Shown here one piece after another: positions 19,638-29,747 of a DNA stretch of 64,000 nt. Position 1 is the stretch's first letter. The number at the start of each line of letters is the position of its first letter. Both the position numbers and the translations under genes were made by a program. Under the pieces are notes generated by a model. It searched no databases and was not told the origin of the DNA. It saw nothing but the letters and a program-made list of their open reading frames with translations. Source of the stretch: Armatimonadota bacterium (GTDB taxonomy: Bacteria > Armatimonadota > UBA5829 > DSUL01). The DNA lies in NCBI GenBank assembly GCA_039811685.1, contig JBDHZC010000009.1:1-64000 (forward strand), written 5' to 3'.

Positions 19638-20450
19638 ATGCAGGTGACTGACAATAGAAAAATCCGGCGCTTCTGCCGCGTTGGCCTTGCGCTTGCGCTC
19701 GTGTTTCTCGCAGGCTCCGGCGGCGCACGGGCTGAGAAGACAGTGGATGTTTTCTCATCCGGAAAAACACTGAGCGCTATCTTCCAGAGTTTGGCTGCAA
19801 GCTCGAACACGGAAATACGCGTTGACCCGGATGTCTCCGGCACTCTTGATCTTTCACTCAAGGGTTTTCCTTTCACCTCTGCGCTGAACGCCATCTGTTC
19901 TGCGGCTAATCTGGAGTGGGAGAAGGCTGAGGCTTCTGGCGATAAGGACGTCTATATCGTCCATCGCGCCTCCAGAGAGGACTCTCTTGCTGAGGACAGC
20001 GAAGCCGCTGTGGAAGAGCCAAAGACGAAGGTTGATTTCCGCACGCCAGCCGAGCGCGCAGCTGCTGAGCAGGCAGCCACTGACTCCAGGCCGGAAGCGG
20101 CCGCTTCTGAGGATCCCACGGCAAAGTTCAAGAATGTTCGCGAGCTGCATCTGAACGCGGCTCAGCTTCGCATGGTGCTGGGTGGCGTCCCGCCAGTAAA
20201 AGCTAACTCTGTACTGAACTATTGGCGTCAGCAGAACTCAATGAACGGGCCCCGGGTGTTTCAGCCGGGCTTCAACGGCTACGGGTCTTCCGGATATCTC
20301 TCGGGGCCAGGTTATGGCCGCTACCCGTACTACCCCGATGCCCGAATCAACCGTATGGGGTTCAATCCGGATGGTTCGGTCTGGATTATGAAACCAGCCA
20401 GACAACACCACACGACACACCGCAAGGCTAAGGCATCTGCCCGCCGCTAG
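19638..20450 (+). CDS. Exported protein with STN (secretin/TonB N-terminal)-like domain
   Basis: Signal peptide ending ARA; IRVDPDVSGTLDLSLKGFPFTSALNAIC resembles STN; no secretin barrel follows. Confidence 0.65.
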   Translation: MQVTDNRKIRRFCRVGLALALVFLAGSGGARAEKTVDVFSSGKTLSAIFQSLAASSNTEIRVDPDVSGTLDLSLKGFPFTSALNAICSAANLEWEKAEASGDKDVYIVHRASREDSLAEDSEAAVEEPKTKVDFRTPAERAAAEQAATDSRPEAAASEDPTAKFKNVRELHLNAAQLRMVLGGVPPVKANSVLNYWRQQNSMNGPRVFQPGFNGYGSSGYLSGPGYGRYPYYPDARINRMGFNPDGSVWIMKPARQHHTTHRKAKASARR

Positions 20451-20691
20451 CAAACTGCATTTCCATTCTGCACCGAGATCGCGCCATCTCCGTTATCATT
20501 CGCAGTGGCGCGTTTTTTTGCTGTCGCGCTAAAGCTTCTCGGCAACCTGGACGTTGACTCTCTATGAGGGACTGACTCAAAGCAAAGCGCTTCAGCAGCG
20601 CTTTCGTCTCTGGGACGCCCCTTTAGAGCGGCGGTATTCGCCGCTTCTGCAGCACAGGGCTGCGACGCTTCAACGGGGAGTATAGAAGCAA

Positions 20692-21480
20692 ATGATTCGA
20701 AGTCTATGGACAGCGTCAACTGGAATGGCTGCGCAGCAGCTTCAGCTTGACGTCATCTCCAACAATCTTGCAAACGTCAACACGAACGGCTTCAAGAAGA
20801 GCCGCGTTGACTTTCAGGACCTTGTCTATCAGACGCTCAAGGCTGCGGGCACCACGGAAGCGCAGGGGTTCCAGCTTCCGGTAGGCGCTCAGGTGGGTCT
20901 TGGAACCAAGGTTGTCGGCATACAAAAGCTCTTCGACGTCGGAGAGATGAAACAGACCGGCAACCCTCTGGACGTCGCCATTGAGGGCAAGGGTTTCTTT
21001 CAGATCATGACGCCCGCGGGGGATGTGGCCTATAGCCGCGACGGCTCGTTCAAGATGGACAGCCAGGGCCGCCTCGTGACATCCGACGGGTGGCCTGTAC
21101 AGCCAGAGATAACAATACCCCCAGAAGCTGTGGAGGTGGCTGTGGGTGTGGATGGGACTGTTTCCGCGATATTGCCAGGTCAGGCCGCGGCGCAGCAACT
21201 GGGGCAGATCCAACTGGTGAAGTTCGCCAATCCCGCCGGTTTGTCCAGCATTGGGCGCAACCTCTTTCAGGTGACAGACGCAGCCGGTCAGCCGGAAACA
21301 GGCACTCCCGGACAGACAGGCTTTGGCGGGCTGACCTCAGGTATGGTTGAGCTTTCCAACGTGCAGGTGGTTGAGGAGATGGTGAACATGATTGTCGCTC
21401 AACGCGCCTATGAGACCAACTCCAAGTCAATCCAGACGGCAGATCAGATGCTGGAGCTGGCGAATAATCTGCGGAGGTAG
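20692..21480 (+). CDS. flgG: Flagellar basal-body distal rod protein FlgG
   Basis: [41 protein letters not shown]. Confidence 0.97.
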   Translation: MIRSLWTASTGMAAQQLQLDVISNNLANVNTNGFKKSRVDFQDLVYQTLKAAGTTEAQGFQLPVGAQVGLGTKVVGIQKLFDVGEMKQTGNPLDVAIEGKGFFQIMTPAGDVAYSRDGSFKMDSQGRLVTSDGWPVQPEITIPPEAVEVAVGVDGTVSAILPGQAAAQQLGQIQLVKFANPAGLSSIGRNLFQVTDAAGQPETGTPGQTGFGGLTSGMVELSNVQVVEEMVNMIVAQRAYETNSKSIQTADQMLELANNLRR

Positions 21481-21486
21481 GCGCAC

Positions 21487-22467
21487 GTGAAGACTAAGAT
21501 AGCTGTTTCGATTATCTTCTCAGGCGCTCTCGGCGCGGGTATTGTGCTGGCGACGTCCGGGACTGTGAGCGCAGCGGGAATCTCCATTCAGCTTCAGCAG
21601 GAATCCCGTGTCAGTGGCGCGGCATTTGCGCTGGGTGAGATTGCCCATATCTCCGGGTCTCCCGCAGGCCTTGTTGCGCGTCTCAAAGCAGTTGATATGG
21701 GACGCTCGCCCTATCCCGGACAAAGCCTCAGCGTCGACGCCGATCAGGTGCGCTTTCGGATGAGGGTGGCAAAGATTGATCCCGCTGGTGTGCAGATTTC
21801 AGACTCTGTGAAAACGCGCGTTGTGCGGTCCTCTCAGAAGGTTGACTCCGCGCAACTGGTCGCCGCCGCAAAAGACGCGGTGATGCGGTCCTGGCAGGGC
21901 TCAGAGCGACTTGAGTGTGAAGTGACGCGTCCGCCTCAGGAGATCGCCGTCAGCGCGGGGTCTCTGGAGCTTGTGGCGCAGGCGTCCAGCGCTCCCAGAG
22001 CGGGTCTTTGCTCCGTGCCAGTCGATATTCACGTAGATGGGCAGAAGGAACGCTCGGTTTCTGTCAGTTTGAACGTCCACGTATTTACACCTGTAGTTGT
22101 AGCGACAAGAGCGCTGGCGCGCGGGCAGACGGTTGAGGCGGGCGATCTGAGCGTGGAAGAGCGCGATCTGGGTACAACCGGCGCCTCTGTTCTGACAGAT
22201 GTTGCAATGGCGGCGGGACTTCGCACGATGCGCGCTATACCCTCCGGCGCAATACTTCGGCAGGCAGATCTGGAAGTGGCGCCGCTGGTACACCGCAACG
22301 GGCCGGTGGTGATCACGGCGGTGTCTGGACGCGTGCGAATTCGCTCGAACGGCCAGGCTCTGGACGAGGGGCAGCTTGGACAGCTCGTAAGGGTGCGCCC
22401 GGATCACAGCAAAGACAGTGTCACAGCCAAAGTGACCGGTGAAGGCACTGTTGAGCTGGCGATGTAG
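21487..22467 (+). CDS. flgA: Flagellar P-ring formation chaperone FlgA
   Basis: Signal peptide, SAF-like domain, GQALDEGQLGQLVRV; lies between flgG and flgH. Confidence 0.88.
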   Translation: MKTKIAVSIIFSGALGAGIVLATSGTVSAAGISIQLQQESRVSGAAFALGEIAHISGSPAGLVARLKAVDMGRSPYPGQSLSVDADQVRFRMRVAKIDPAGVQISDSVKTRVVRSSQKVDSAQLVAAAKDAVMRSWQGSERLECEVTRPPQEIAVSAGSLELVAQASSAPRAGLCSVPVDIHVDGQKERSVSVSLNVHVFTPVVVATRALARGQTVEAGDLSVEERDLGTTGASVLTDVAMAAGLRTMRAIPSGAILRQADLEVAPLVHRNGPVVITAVSGRVRIRSNGQALDEGQLGQLVRVRPDHSKDSVTAKVTGEGTVELAM

Positions 22468-22473
22468 GAGTGT

Positions 22474-23061
22474 GTGATGAAGAAGATTCTTTCGAAGGTT
22501 TTTCTGGGACTGGTGTGCGCTGTTTGCGTTGCGGGGGCTTGCTCGGGTGAGTCGCTGTGGAGTGACGCTAAGGGGTCGCTGTTTGGAGACTTTCGCGCTC
22601 ACAAGAAAGGTGACATTCTGACGGTGCTGGTGGTGGAGTCCGCAACCTCCACGCAGAAGGCGACAACTGGCACCTCCCGTAGTTCGAACTTCGACATCGG
22701 CCCAGGCCATGGCTTTCTCTTTGGCGCTATCCCCAACGTCAAATACGGCGGTACGTCTGACTCCAAGGGAGACGGTTCGACAGCGCGCAGCAGCAATCTG
22801 GTGACGCAGCTTGCGGTGACTGTGACGGAGGTCATGGAAAACGGCAATCTGGTGGTGCAGGGTGAGCGCGAGCTGCAGACCAACGAAGAAAAGCAAAAGC
22901 TGGTGCTGACTGGCGTCGTGCGGCCAGTGGACGTGTCACCGGACAACAAGGTCTCTTCCACAAGTATCGCTGACGCCAGGATTGAGCTTGTTGGCAACGG
23001 GCCGATCGGCGCCCGGCAGAAGGAAGGCATCTTCACGCGCATTATCCGCTTCCTGTTCTAG
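22474..23061 (+). CDS. flgH: Flagellar L-ring protein FlgH
   Basis: SLFGDFRAHKKGDILTVLVVES, NGNLVVQGE, GVVRPVDV, SIADARI. Confidence 0.93.
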   Translation: MMKKILSKVFLGLVCAVCVAGACSGESLWSDAKGSLFGDFRAHKKGDILTVLVVESATSTQKATTGTSRSSNFDIGPGHGFLFGAIPNVKYGGTSDSKGDGSTARSSNLVTQLAVTVTEVMENGNLVVQGERELQTNEEKQKLVLTGVVRPVDVSPDNKVSSTSIADARIELVGNGPIGARQKEGIFTRIIRFLF

Positions 23062-23086
23062 AGACAGACGGCGCAATGCGTCAACG

Positions 23087-23122
23087 ACCCGCCTGGGACT
23101 CCCCGCCCGGGCGGGTTTTTTA
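23087..23122 (+). terminator. Rho-independent terminator ending the flgG-flgA-flgH operon
   Basis: ACCCGCCTGGG...CCCGGGCGGGT followed by a T run. Confidence 0.8.
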
Positions 23123-23140
23123 TTGAGTGAGACCGGGTCA

Positions 23141-23250
23141 GGCCGGCGGTTGAAACCCGCGCGTTCAGGCGCCTGATGGTGGGCAGACGAATGCGGCCGG
23201 CGGTTGAGACCGCGCCAGTGGAAACGAAGCCTGCCTTCGCAGGCTGGGAG
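23141..23250. repeat. REP-like elements (same family as 1-228)
   Basis: GGCCGGCGGTTGA(A/G)ACC twice, plus ACGAAGCCTGCCTTCGCAGGCT. Confidence 0.75.
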
Positions 23251-23264
23251 GTGTGGGAAAGCCA

Positions 23265-23345
23265 ACAAATAACAGAAGCCTCGGACAATCCTGCCCGAGG
23301 CTTCAGCGAGAAAGGAGGGTGGGAAGCTTTCTCACTTTTTCTAAC
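23265..23345 (-). ncRNA. Candidate small RNA with C-rich anti-SD loop and terminator
   Basis: Two consecutive hairpins whose G-U pairs work only on the minus strand; U-rich tail; AT-rich upstream region. Confidence 0.5.
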
Positions 23346-23484
23346 TGAAATTACCCCTGTAAATGTTCCCATTTGCACAAGAATTCTGAAAAAAAATGAT
23401 AAACCACTCAGTTTTTCATTATTTATGTAAACAACTGTAACAATTCGAGTTCACTTGTTATGCCTGCGCGCCCCGGTAGCTGGG

Positions 23485-24204
23485 CTACCAGTCGGCTCCA
23501 AGCCGGTCCACGACAATCTGATGGATGGCGCTGTTGGGTTCCATCGTGACCAGAAATAGTGCTGTTTCAGCTATCTGGTATGGGTCAATGCGTCCGCTCT
23601 TGAGGATTTCCGCTTCGCTTGCGTCAACCAGGCCTGCAGCCACCGCTCCTGGGCAGATCGCTGAAGCGCGTACGCCAAACTCACGGCCTTCGTCCGCGAT
23701 TGCTCTTGTCAGACCCATGATCCCGAACTTCGACGCGCTGTACACCCCCGTGCCCGACCACGCCTGCACGCCTGCCACGCTGGAAATGTTGAGGATGAAA
23801 CCGCCGCCGTTTCTTTTCATCTGGCGCAGAGCGGCTCGGCAGCAGAAGAAAGTCCCGCGCAGGTTTGTGTTCATCACGCGGTCCCACTCCTGAGTCGCCA
23901 CCTCCGCGATGGGCCCGCCACCACCGACGCCGGCGTTGTTCACCATAATGTCCAACCGCCCAAACTCTCCAACCGTCTTCTGAATCAGGCGCTCTACCTG
24001 TTGCTCATCGGCGATGTCTGTCTGCACGGGCAAGGCGTGCCCGCCCTGCTCCTGAATGCGCCTGGCCGTTTCCTGGAGCAATTCCTGCCGGCGAGCGGCC
24101 AGAGTGACGCGGGCGCCTTCCTGCGCAAATCGCAGCGCAATGGCTTTGCCTATACCGCTGGAGCTTCCTGTGACAATAGCTACTTTTCCGTCAAATTTCT
24201 TCAT
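23485..24204 (-). CDS. SDR family NAD(P)-dependent oxidoreductase
   Basis: TGSSSGIG, NNAG, YSASK. Confidence 0.95.
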   Translation of the reverse strand: MKKFDGKVAIVTGSSSGIGKAIALRFAQEGARVTLAARRQELLQETARRIQEQGGHALPVQTDIADEQQVERLIQKTVGEFGRLDIMVNNAGVGGGGPIAEVATQEWDRVMNTNLRGTFFCCRAALRQMKRNGGGFILNISSVAGVQAWSGTGVYSASKFGIMGLTRAIADEGREFGVRASAICPGAVAAGLVDASEAEILKSGRIDPYQIAETALFLVTMEPNSAIHQIVVDRLGADW

Positions 24205-24262
24205 AGTCTTTCACGGCTCAGCCTGAGACAGGCCCGCCTGTGCCTTCCATCCGGATGTGGTT

Positions 24263-26209
24263 TCACCTGCTATTCGCCCCCGTCATTCGCAGCTTATTTG
24301 AGAGCACGACCACGCTGTAGGCTCCAACGGCTGGGACCGCAACGCGCACCCTGTCTCCAGTGGGCTTCAGGCTGAGGTTTATCGAGCCGTTTGTGTCCGG
24401 ACTTAGCAAAGTGGCGCTGAGCGCACCCGTTGCCAGTGTCAGCTCAATGCCCGGTGTCGGCCGCGTAGAATCTGTCTTCTTACTGTAGCCGTAGTTGATG
24501 AGGTGCACGATAGTCTGCTGGCCGATCCGGCGGCAGATAACCCCGAGATCCGCTGGCGCGTCCGTGGACAGAAAAGGGTCCCCTCCTGCGGCTTTGGCGA
24601 ATCTGATTCGTGCATCCGGGTCTCTAGTGGACAGGTAATCCGCATAGGAGGGCAGATCCTGTGGCTCGATGAAGCTGCCTTCGACGGCTTCACAGAGTCT
24701 GCGATAGGGCTTTGCGGCTCTCGACTGCTTTCCACACAGTACAATCTTTGTACCCTTTTCGTGACAGATGAGCAGTTGCCGGACTGTCTCCTCCGTAAGC
24801 GCCTGGGGACAGGGAACGATGAGCGTCTCATACTTTGACAACGCCTGCGCCAGCGGCGTTGTCTGACTCCACTTTCCCTCCCCGTCCAGCAAGACATCGA
24901 ACTGATAGTGAGAGTCATACAGCAGCTTGCAGACCGCCTGATACTCCTGCTCATAAGGACCCACCGAAGCCGCGCTGGCTGACCGGCTGTAAAGAACAGC
25001 CACTTGCGCCGGAGAGTCCGCATCCGCGTAAATCTCCGGGTGACTCTGCACAAATCTGTAGTACGGAGCGAGATCGGAGACAGGGAGCCTCAGGAATATC
25101 TGTTTTCCATCCTCAAATCCGGCAAACTCTCGCGGAGTCAGATCGAAGATATTTCCGCATGCGTACGCTTCCGCGATCCAGATTTTGAGCAGACCCGCAA
25201 TGCTGGAGGAGTGAACCAGCGCCTGCGCGGTGTCGTGAGAGCCCATCTGGACGACGCAGCGCTTTCCCGTTGCCGCGCCTTTCTTGTGAAGGGCAATGGA
25301 GGAGCCTATGGGTGGATAGCCGTTGAAGGAGCCGAAGTACGGCAGCTCAACCTGCACGTAGTCGAGAAGGACTGTGATGGCAAAGCAGGCAGCGGGCATA
25401 TCGTAGACATTGGCGGTGACGGTGAAGGGTTTGCGGGCATGGGCGGCGGCGTAGGCTTTGGCGGCGCTGAAGAATTGGCGCTTGCGCTTTACAAGCTCAA
25501 GGTAGCGTTCGTCTGAGAGCATCTGGCCCAGCGGGAGTTTGCTCTGCGGCGTGTCAGCCGTGTAGCCCTTGCTGCGCAGATACTCAGCGTAGTCAAAGTC
25601 GCTGAAGTCCGTGTCTTTCAACTCGCCCAGTTCCTGTGAGCCAGCGCGGGCGGTCAGGCGCTCTCTGTAGAACTGTAGGCAGTAGTGGCAGAAGCAGAGC
25701 TTTCGGCCCTCTCCCTGCCAGGAATCCAGGATGAAGCCGTCCATGCCTCTGTCAACGCAGCCGCGGGCGGTAGTGAGAAGCGCTTCATTGACTCGCGGGC
25801 TGAGACTGCATTTGTAGGCGAGATTGTTCATCCCGGTGTGGACGTAGGGCTTGCCGTTCAGCAGACGCACGGCTTCAGTGTCCATGTCCTTGAAGTAAAG
25901 CCCGCGTCCGTTAATGCTGCCGATGTATCTTGCGCCTCTGGCATGCACTGTACGGATGCGCTCGCGCGTCTGCTCGTCTTTGGAGGAGCCTTCTTCGCCC
26001 GGATAGATCGCGCCGCCCCAGTGTATCCCGGCGATTTGCAGCCCTGATATTGCGCCTGCGGCTTCGGGCTTGAAGACTTCAGCGCGGGAGATGATGTCGC
26101 TGGCGGCGGGCCACGCGTTTGGCGCGGCTCTCATTTCACAAGGCAAGCGCACGGCGATTGCGATAGAAAGGAGCAGAACGGCCGTTTGTTTCACAGAAGT
26201 GACCTCCAC
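24263..26209 (-). CDS. Exported putative glycoside hydrolase-like protein (TIM barrel plus beta-galactosidase trimerisation-like domain)
   Basis: Signal peptide; GMDGFILD, CFCHYC, AQVAVLYS, VHLINY; next to a GH2 gene. Confidence 0.6.
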   Translation of the reverse strand: MEVTSVKQTAVLLLSIAIAVRLPCEMRAAPNAWPAASDIISRAEVFKPEAAGAISGLQIAGIHWGGAIYPGEEGSSKDEQTRERIRTVHARGARYIGSINGRGLYFKDMDTEAVRLLNGKPYVHTGMNNLAYKCSLSPRVNEALLTTARGCVDRGMDGFILDSWQGEGRKLCFCHYCLQFYRERLTARAGSQELGELKDTDFSDFDYAEYLRSKGYTADTPQSKLPLGQMLSDERYLELVKRKRQFFSAAKAYAAAHARKPFTVTANVYDMPAACFAITVLLDYVQVELPYFGSFNGYPPIGSSIALHKKGAATGKRCVVQMGSHDTAQALVHSSSIAGLLKIWIAEAYACGNIFDLTPREFAGFEDGKQIFLRLPVSDLAPYYRFVQSHPEIYADADSPAQVAVLYSRSASAASVGPYEQEYQAVCKLLYDSHYQFDVLLDGEGKWSQTTPLAQALSKYETLIVPCPQALTEETVRQLLICHEKGTKIVLCGKQSRAAKPYRRLCEAVEGSFIEPQDLPSYADYLSTRDPDARIRFAKAAGGDPFLSTDAPADLGVICRRIGQQTIVHLINYGYSKKTDSTRPTPGIELTLATGALSATLLSPDTNGSINLSLKPTGDRVRVAVPAVGAYSVVVLSNKLRMTGANSR

Positions 26210-26250
26210 GCTGGACTAGCGCTTCATGTGCGGATAACAGATGGAAGCGC

Positions 26251-28755
26251 TCAGTCCTGTTTCCACGGGAGACGCGAGCCTGTGCGTTCGATCTCTGGAA
26301 GAGGCGCATCCGTCGGCCAGGGTATTCGATACGCGATCCCGGGCAGCAGATCGAACACATCGTCCGCGAGGGCGCGGTCTCCGTCCCAGTTCAGGGTCAC
26401 ACCCCAGACAAAGGCGCTGCTGGTGAAAACGGCTTCGCCGCCGTCCCGCTGGATTTCAACCGGCGCCGCGTGCCAGGCAAGGTCTTTGAATCGGGCGTCA
26501 AACAGGCGGTTTTGCGCGATAGCTCTGGTCCCCTCAAAAAGCACACCAAAAACGCCGGTTCTCGCGAAGTCCATCTTTTCCCAGTCAGCCACCGGAAGCT
26601 CAGCAAGTGGCGTGCTGGCGTTGGCTTTGAGAGTGACTGGGCTGGACTGATCCAGCGGCATGACGCCGTCCAGGGCAAAGATGCCCCAGCGCAGCTCGCC
26701 TCGCCAGTCCTGCAAAGTATCGTTCACGCCAAAGAGTATGACACGCTCGCCTTCGATGGCTGGAATCACGTGTACGCTCTGGAAGGCTCGGCGCACCGGA
26801 TGATAGGCCAGCTTGCGGCGCAGGTAGTAGTCCACAATCGTCCAGCCGTGGCTTACCGGCCAGACGTCGTTATACATCCAGAAGATGGCGGAGGCGGAGC
26901 TGAACATGCGGCGGCGGAAGTTGTCTGAGTACTCCTTCAGTCCTTCAGCCTGCAACAGACCCGAATAGAAGCAGTAGTCCCAGAAGTCCACTTCGTCGGC
27001 TCGTCTGCCCATCCACTCTTCAAAAATCTGATAGCAGATGCTGGGGAAGCGCCAGTAGTTGCAGGCGTTGTCGTGAAACTCCCAGGCAGGCGACAGGAGG
27101 CGCTGCTGGCCTTCGGGCAGGAACGCTTTCAGAGTCGCGGGCGCGCTGGCGCCCAGCACGCCACCTTCGTTGGGGAAGCGGCTGACATTGCGCCGGTACG
27201 CCCAGAAATCTGCTCCGTCGCCCTGTAGAGTCACTCCCCATGGGTGCTGGTCACCCGCAGTAGGGTCGTTGGGAGTTTTGTAGTCGGGTGAATAGGGCGA
27301 GCTCGGCCAGAACGGGCGCGACGGGTCCTCCTCCGCAAGGATACGCGGCATCTCCAGATGGTAGAGAGCGTAGTCGGGGAAAGCCTTGAACTGGTCAAAG
27401 CCCCACTCCCACGCGCCCCACTCCTGCTCGTTGTTGCCGCACCAGACAACCAGGCTCGGATGCGCGCTGAGATCGCGAACCTGGAAGACAATCTCTTCGC
27501 GGACGTTGTTCAGAAACTCCGGGTCGTCTGTGGGATATTTGGAGCAGGCGAAGATGAAGTCGTGCCAGACGACAATCCCCAACTCATCGCATGCGTCCAG
27601 AAAAGCATGGTCAGCGTAGAGCCCGCCGCCCCACACGCGGAGCGCATTGAAATTAGCAGCGGCGGCCATCTCTACCAGCGCGCGGTAGCGCCCGGCGCCG
27701 GCACGAGCGGAAATGATGTCTGCGGGCACCCAGTTGCCGCCTTTTGCGAAGATGGGCTGCCCGTTCACCTCCAGCTTGAAATAATTGCCGGTATCCGGAT
27801 GCGGGTCCTGATTGATACGGATTGAGCGAATGCCAGTCCGTCGCGTTTCGCTGGCGACCACGCGCCCGCCAATCTCAAGCTGAACCTCAACCTCGTACAG
27901 GTTCTGCGGTCCGTGTGGGACTGGCCACCAGAGGCGGGGGTTGTCAATCTGAAGGCTCACTGTCTGCTTTGAAAAGCCCGGCGGGAGCTGAAGCTGAGAC
28001 GCAGCGCTCAGTCCCTCGCCAGGAAGGATGAGCCGAAGGGTGGCCGGGCTGCTTTCCGCCAGGACGCTGTCCACACAGACGACGGCTTTCAGGGAAGCCA
28101 GCGTGTGGTCATCGGAGAGACTTGAGGTGAGGACGAGCGCCTCGATCCGAGCTGAGTCCGTCCACTCCAGATACGCGCTTTTGTGAATGCCAACATTCAC
28201 CAGACGCGGGCTCCAGTCCCAGGAGAACGAGGACTGAGGCTTGCGCAACCACACGCGTTTGTGCAGGCGGTGATCCATCGCTCTCACGTAAGCCTCGCCA
28301 GGCTTTTCTGAAACACAGTACAGACCGCTCTCCAGCCGCACCGCCAGTACATTCTCACCGGGCTTCAGTTTGCCTGTAACGTCAATGCGGCAGGGGCGAA
28401 AGGCATTCTGATGGCAACCGATCTGCTCTGAGTTCAGATAAATGACCGCATCCAGATCCAATCCCTCGAAAACCAGCCACACACGCTGCGCCAACGCCTC
28501 CGCAGGGGCTTCGAAGGTCTTTCGATACACCCATATCTGCTCCTCCACCCAGCGGGCTGCCTGAGCGTTGAGGCCGAGGTTGCAGTCCGCAATCCAGCCG
28601 GTGCGTTCCAGGTCCAGATGCACGTCCCCGGGCACGCTTGCATGAATGAAGGTGCGCTCATCGCAGGATTCAGTGCAGAAGTCTTCAGGCCTGCCGTGCT
28701 GTCCGTCAAAGCCGCGAATTTTCCACGCGCCGTCCAGACTGAGTTGGTTGGTCAT
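26251..28755 (-). CDS. GH2 beta-mannosidase-like glycoside hydrolase
   Basis: WDWSPR, KGGNWVP, RVWGGG, WCGNNE acid/base, RFPNEGG; GGGGGAG before ATG 28755. Confidence 0.92.
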   Translation of the reverse strand: MTNQLSLDGAWKIRGFDGQHGRPEDFCTESCDERTFIHASVPGDVHLDLERTGWIADCNLGLNAQAARWVEEQIWVYRKTFEAPAEALAQRVWLVFEGLDLDAVIYLNSEQIGCHQNAFRPCRIDVTGKLKPGENVLAVRLESGLYCVSEKPGEAYVRAMDHRLHKRVWLRKPQSSFSWDWSPRLVNVGIHKSAYLEWTDSARIEALVLTSSLSDDHTLASLKAVVCVDSVLAESSPATLRLILPGEGLSAASQLQLPPGFSKQTVSLQIDNPRLWWPVPHGPQNLYEVEVQLEIGGRVVASETRRTGIRSIRINQDPHPDTGNYFKLEVNGQPIFAKGGNWVPADIISARAGAGRYRALVEMAAAANFNALRVWGGGLYADHAFLDACDELGIVVWHDFIFACSKYPTDDPEFLNNVREEIVFQVRDLSAHPSLVVWCGNNEQEWGAWEWGFDQFKAFPDYALYHLEMPRILAEEDPSRPFWPSSPYSPDYKTPNDPTAGDQHPWGVTLQGDGADFWAYRRNVSRFPNEGGVLGASAPATLKAFLPEGQQRLLSPAWEFHDNACNYWRFPSICYQIFEEWMGRRADEVDFWDYCFYSGLLQAEGLKEYSDNFRRRMFSSASAIFWMYNDVWPVSHGWTIVDYYLRRKLAYHPVRRAFQSVHVIPAIEGERVILFGVNDTLQDWRGELRWGIFALDGVMPLDQSSPVTLKANASTPLAELPVADWEKMDFARTGVFGVLFEGTRAIAQNRLFDARFKDLAWHAAPVEIQRDGGEAVFTSSAFVWGVTLNWDGDRALADDVFDLLPGIAYRIPWPTDAPLPEIERTGSRLPWKQD

Positions 28756-28880
28756 TTGCTCCCCCGGGTGGTGAGTCCGGCTGCTCACCGGCGTTCATAC
28801 CGCTGCTTATGCACTGAGGCGGTCTGTGCCTGCGTGATGGGGCGGGATGTGTGAGGGGAGGCCGGCGTGAAGAAGAAGAC

Positions 28881-28933
28881 TGCCGGCGATTGAAATCGCG
28901 CCTGGGGTTACGAAGCCTGCCTTCGCAGGCTGG
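28881..28933. repeat. REP-like element (same family as 1-228)
   Basis: GCCGGCGATTGAAATCGCG...ACGAAGCCTGCCTTCGCAGGCTGG. Confidence 0.7.
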
Positions 28934-29021
28934 TGATGGGAAAGATGGCGGTGTGGTTCGAAAAAGGGCGAGAGCCTGCGGCCCTCGCCCGAAGTATTTC
29001 AAGAGTGTGTTAGTTGAGTGA

Positions 29022-29747
29022 TTAGCGCCGGCGGCGGATCAGCAGTCCCATTCCGGAGACAGCCGAGGCCATGGCCAGCAGGCTGCTGGGCTCAGGAACA
29101 ACGGGTCTGTTGGGATCGTTCGGGCCAAATGCGCCGCTGTGGTGGACATAAAGGAAGTCCACCCAGTTCTCAGCATAGCTAGAGTCGTTAGCGCCCAGGC
29201 GGAGATCCGCGCCGTCAATGGCTGCCTTGCCGTTGCCCTGTGAAGCCAGCGCCCACTGGTTGGTGTTCTCATCGAGCACCCAGAGATTGTACGCATGGGC
29301 GACAGGCTCCATGCTCAGCCAGATCGTCGTCCAGGTGTCGGCGGCCATATTCCAGGAGCTTCCGCTGCCAGCGCCCGTAACTGTCCACGTGCCGCTCTGC
29401 CAGCTCATCTGGAGGCGGCCGTACTGCGCATCGTTAACCTGAAGACGCAGGGACTGACTGCTGGTGGCGACGACGTTTTTGAATCTGGCGGTGAGAGTGA
29501 TACCCTGCGCGGGGCCCGACCAGTTCGGACGCTGCAACTCGGCCTTGACGCCGTAGTTCACCATCTGAAGGGCCCAGTTGCCCCCACCGAGGTCAACGCT
29601 GGTGGGAGTGCCGGAGTTGTACCACCAGGCGCCCGTGTTCTCGCTGGGGTCTCCGTTGATCATTTCGTCCCACACGGCGGCGTGTCCGGCGCCAGCCAGG
29701 CAGGAACCGAGCATTGCCAGAACGCTCAGTTTGACTAAGAACTTCAT
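29022..29747 (-). CDS. PEP-CTERM sorting domain-containing exported protein
   Basis: AAGGAG RBS; signal peptide ending GHA; VPEPSSLLAMASAVSGMGLLIRRRR. Confidence 0.9.
   Translation of the reverse strand: MKFLVKLSVLAMLGSCLAGAGHAAVWDEMINGDPSENTGAWWYNSGTPTSVDLGGGNWALQMVNYGVKAELQRPNWSGPAQGITLTARFKNVVATSSQSLRLQVNDAQYGRLQMSWQSGTWTVTGAGSGSSWNMAADTWTTIWLSMEPVAHAYNLWVLDENTNQWALASQGNGKAAIDGADLRLGANDSSYAENWVDFLYVHHSGAFGPNDPNRPVVPEPSSLLAMASAVSGMGLLIRRRR

Noticed and set aside
20530..20560. Sigma-28 promoter before flgG
   Set aside because: TAAAG is present but there is no acceptable GCCGATAA at the right spacing.
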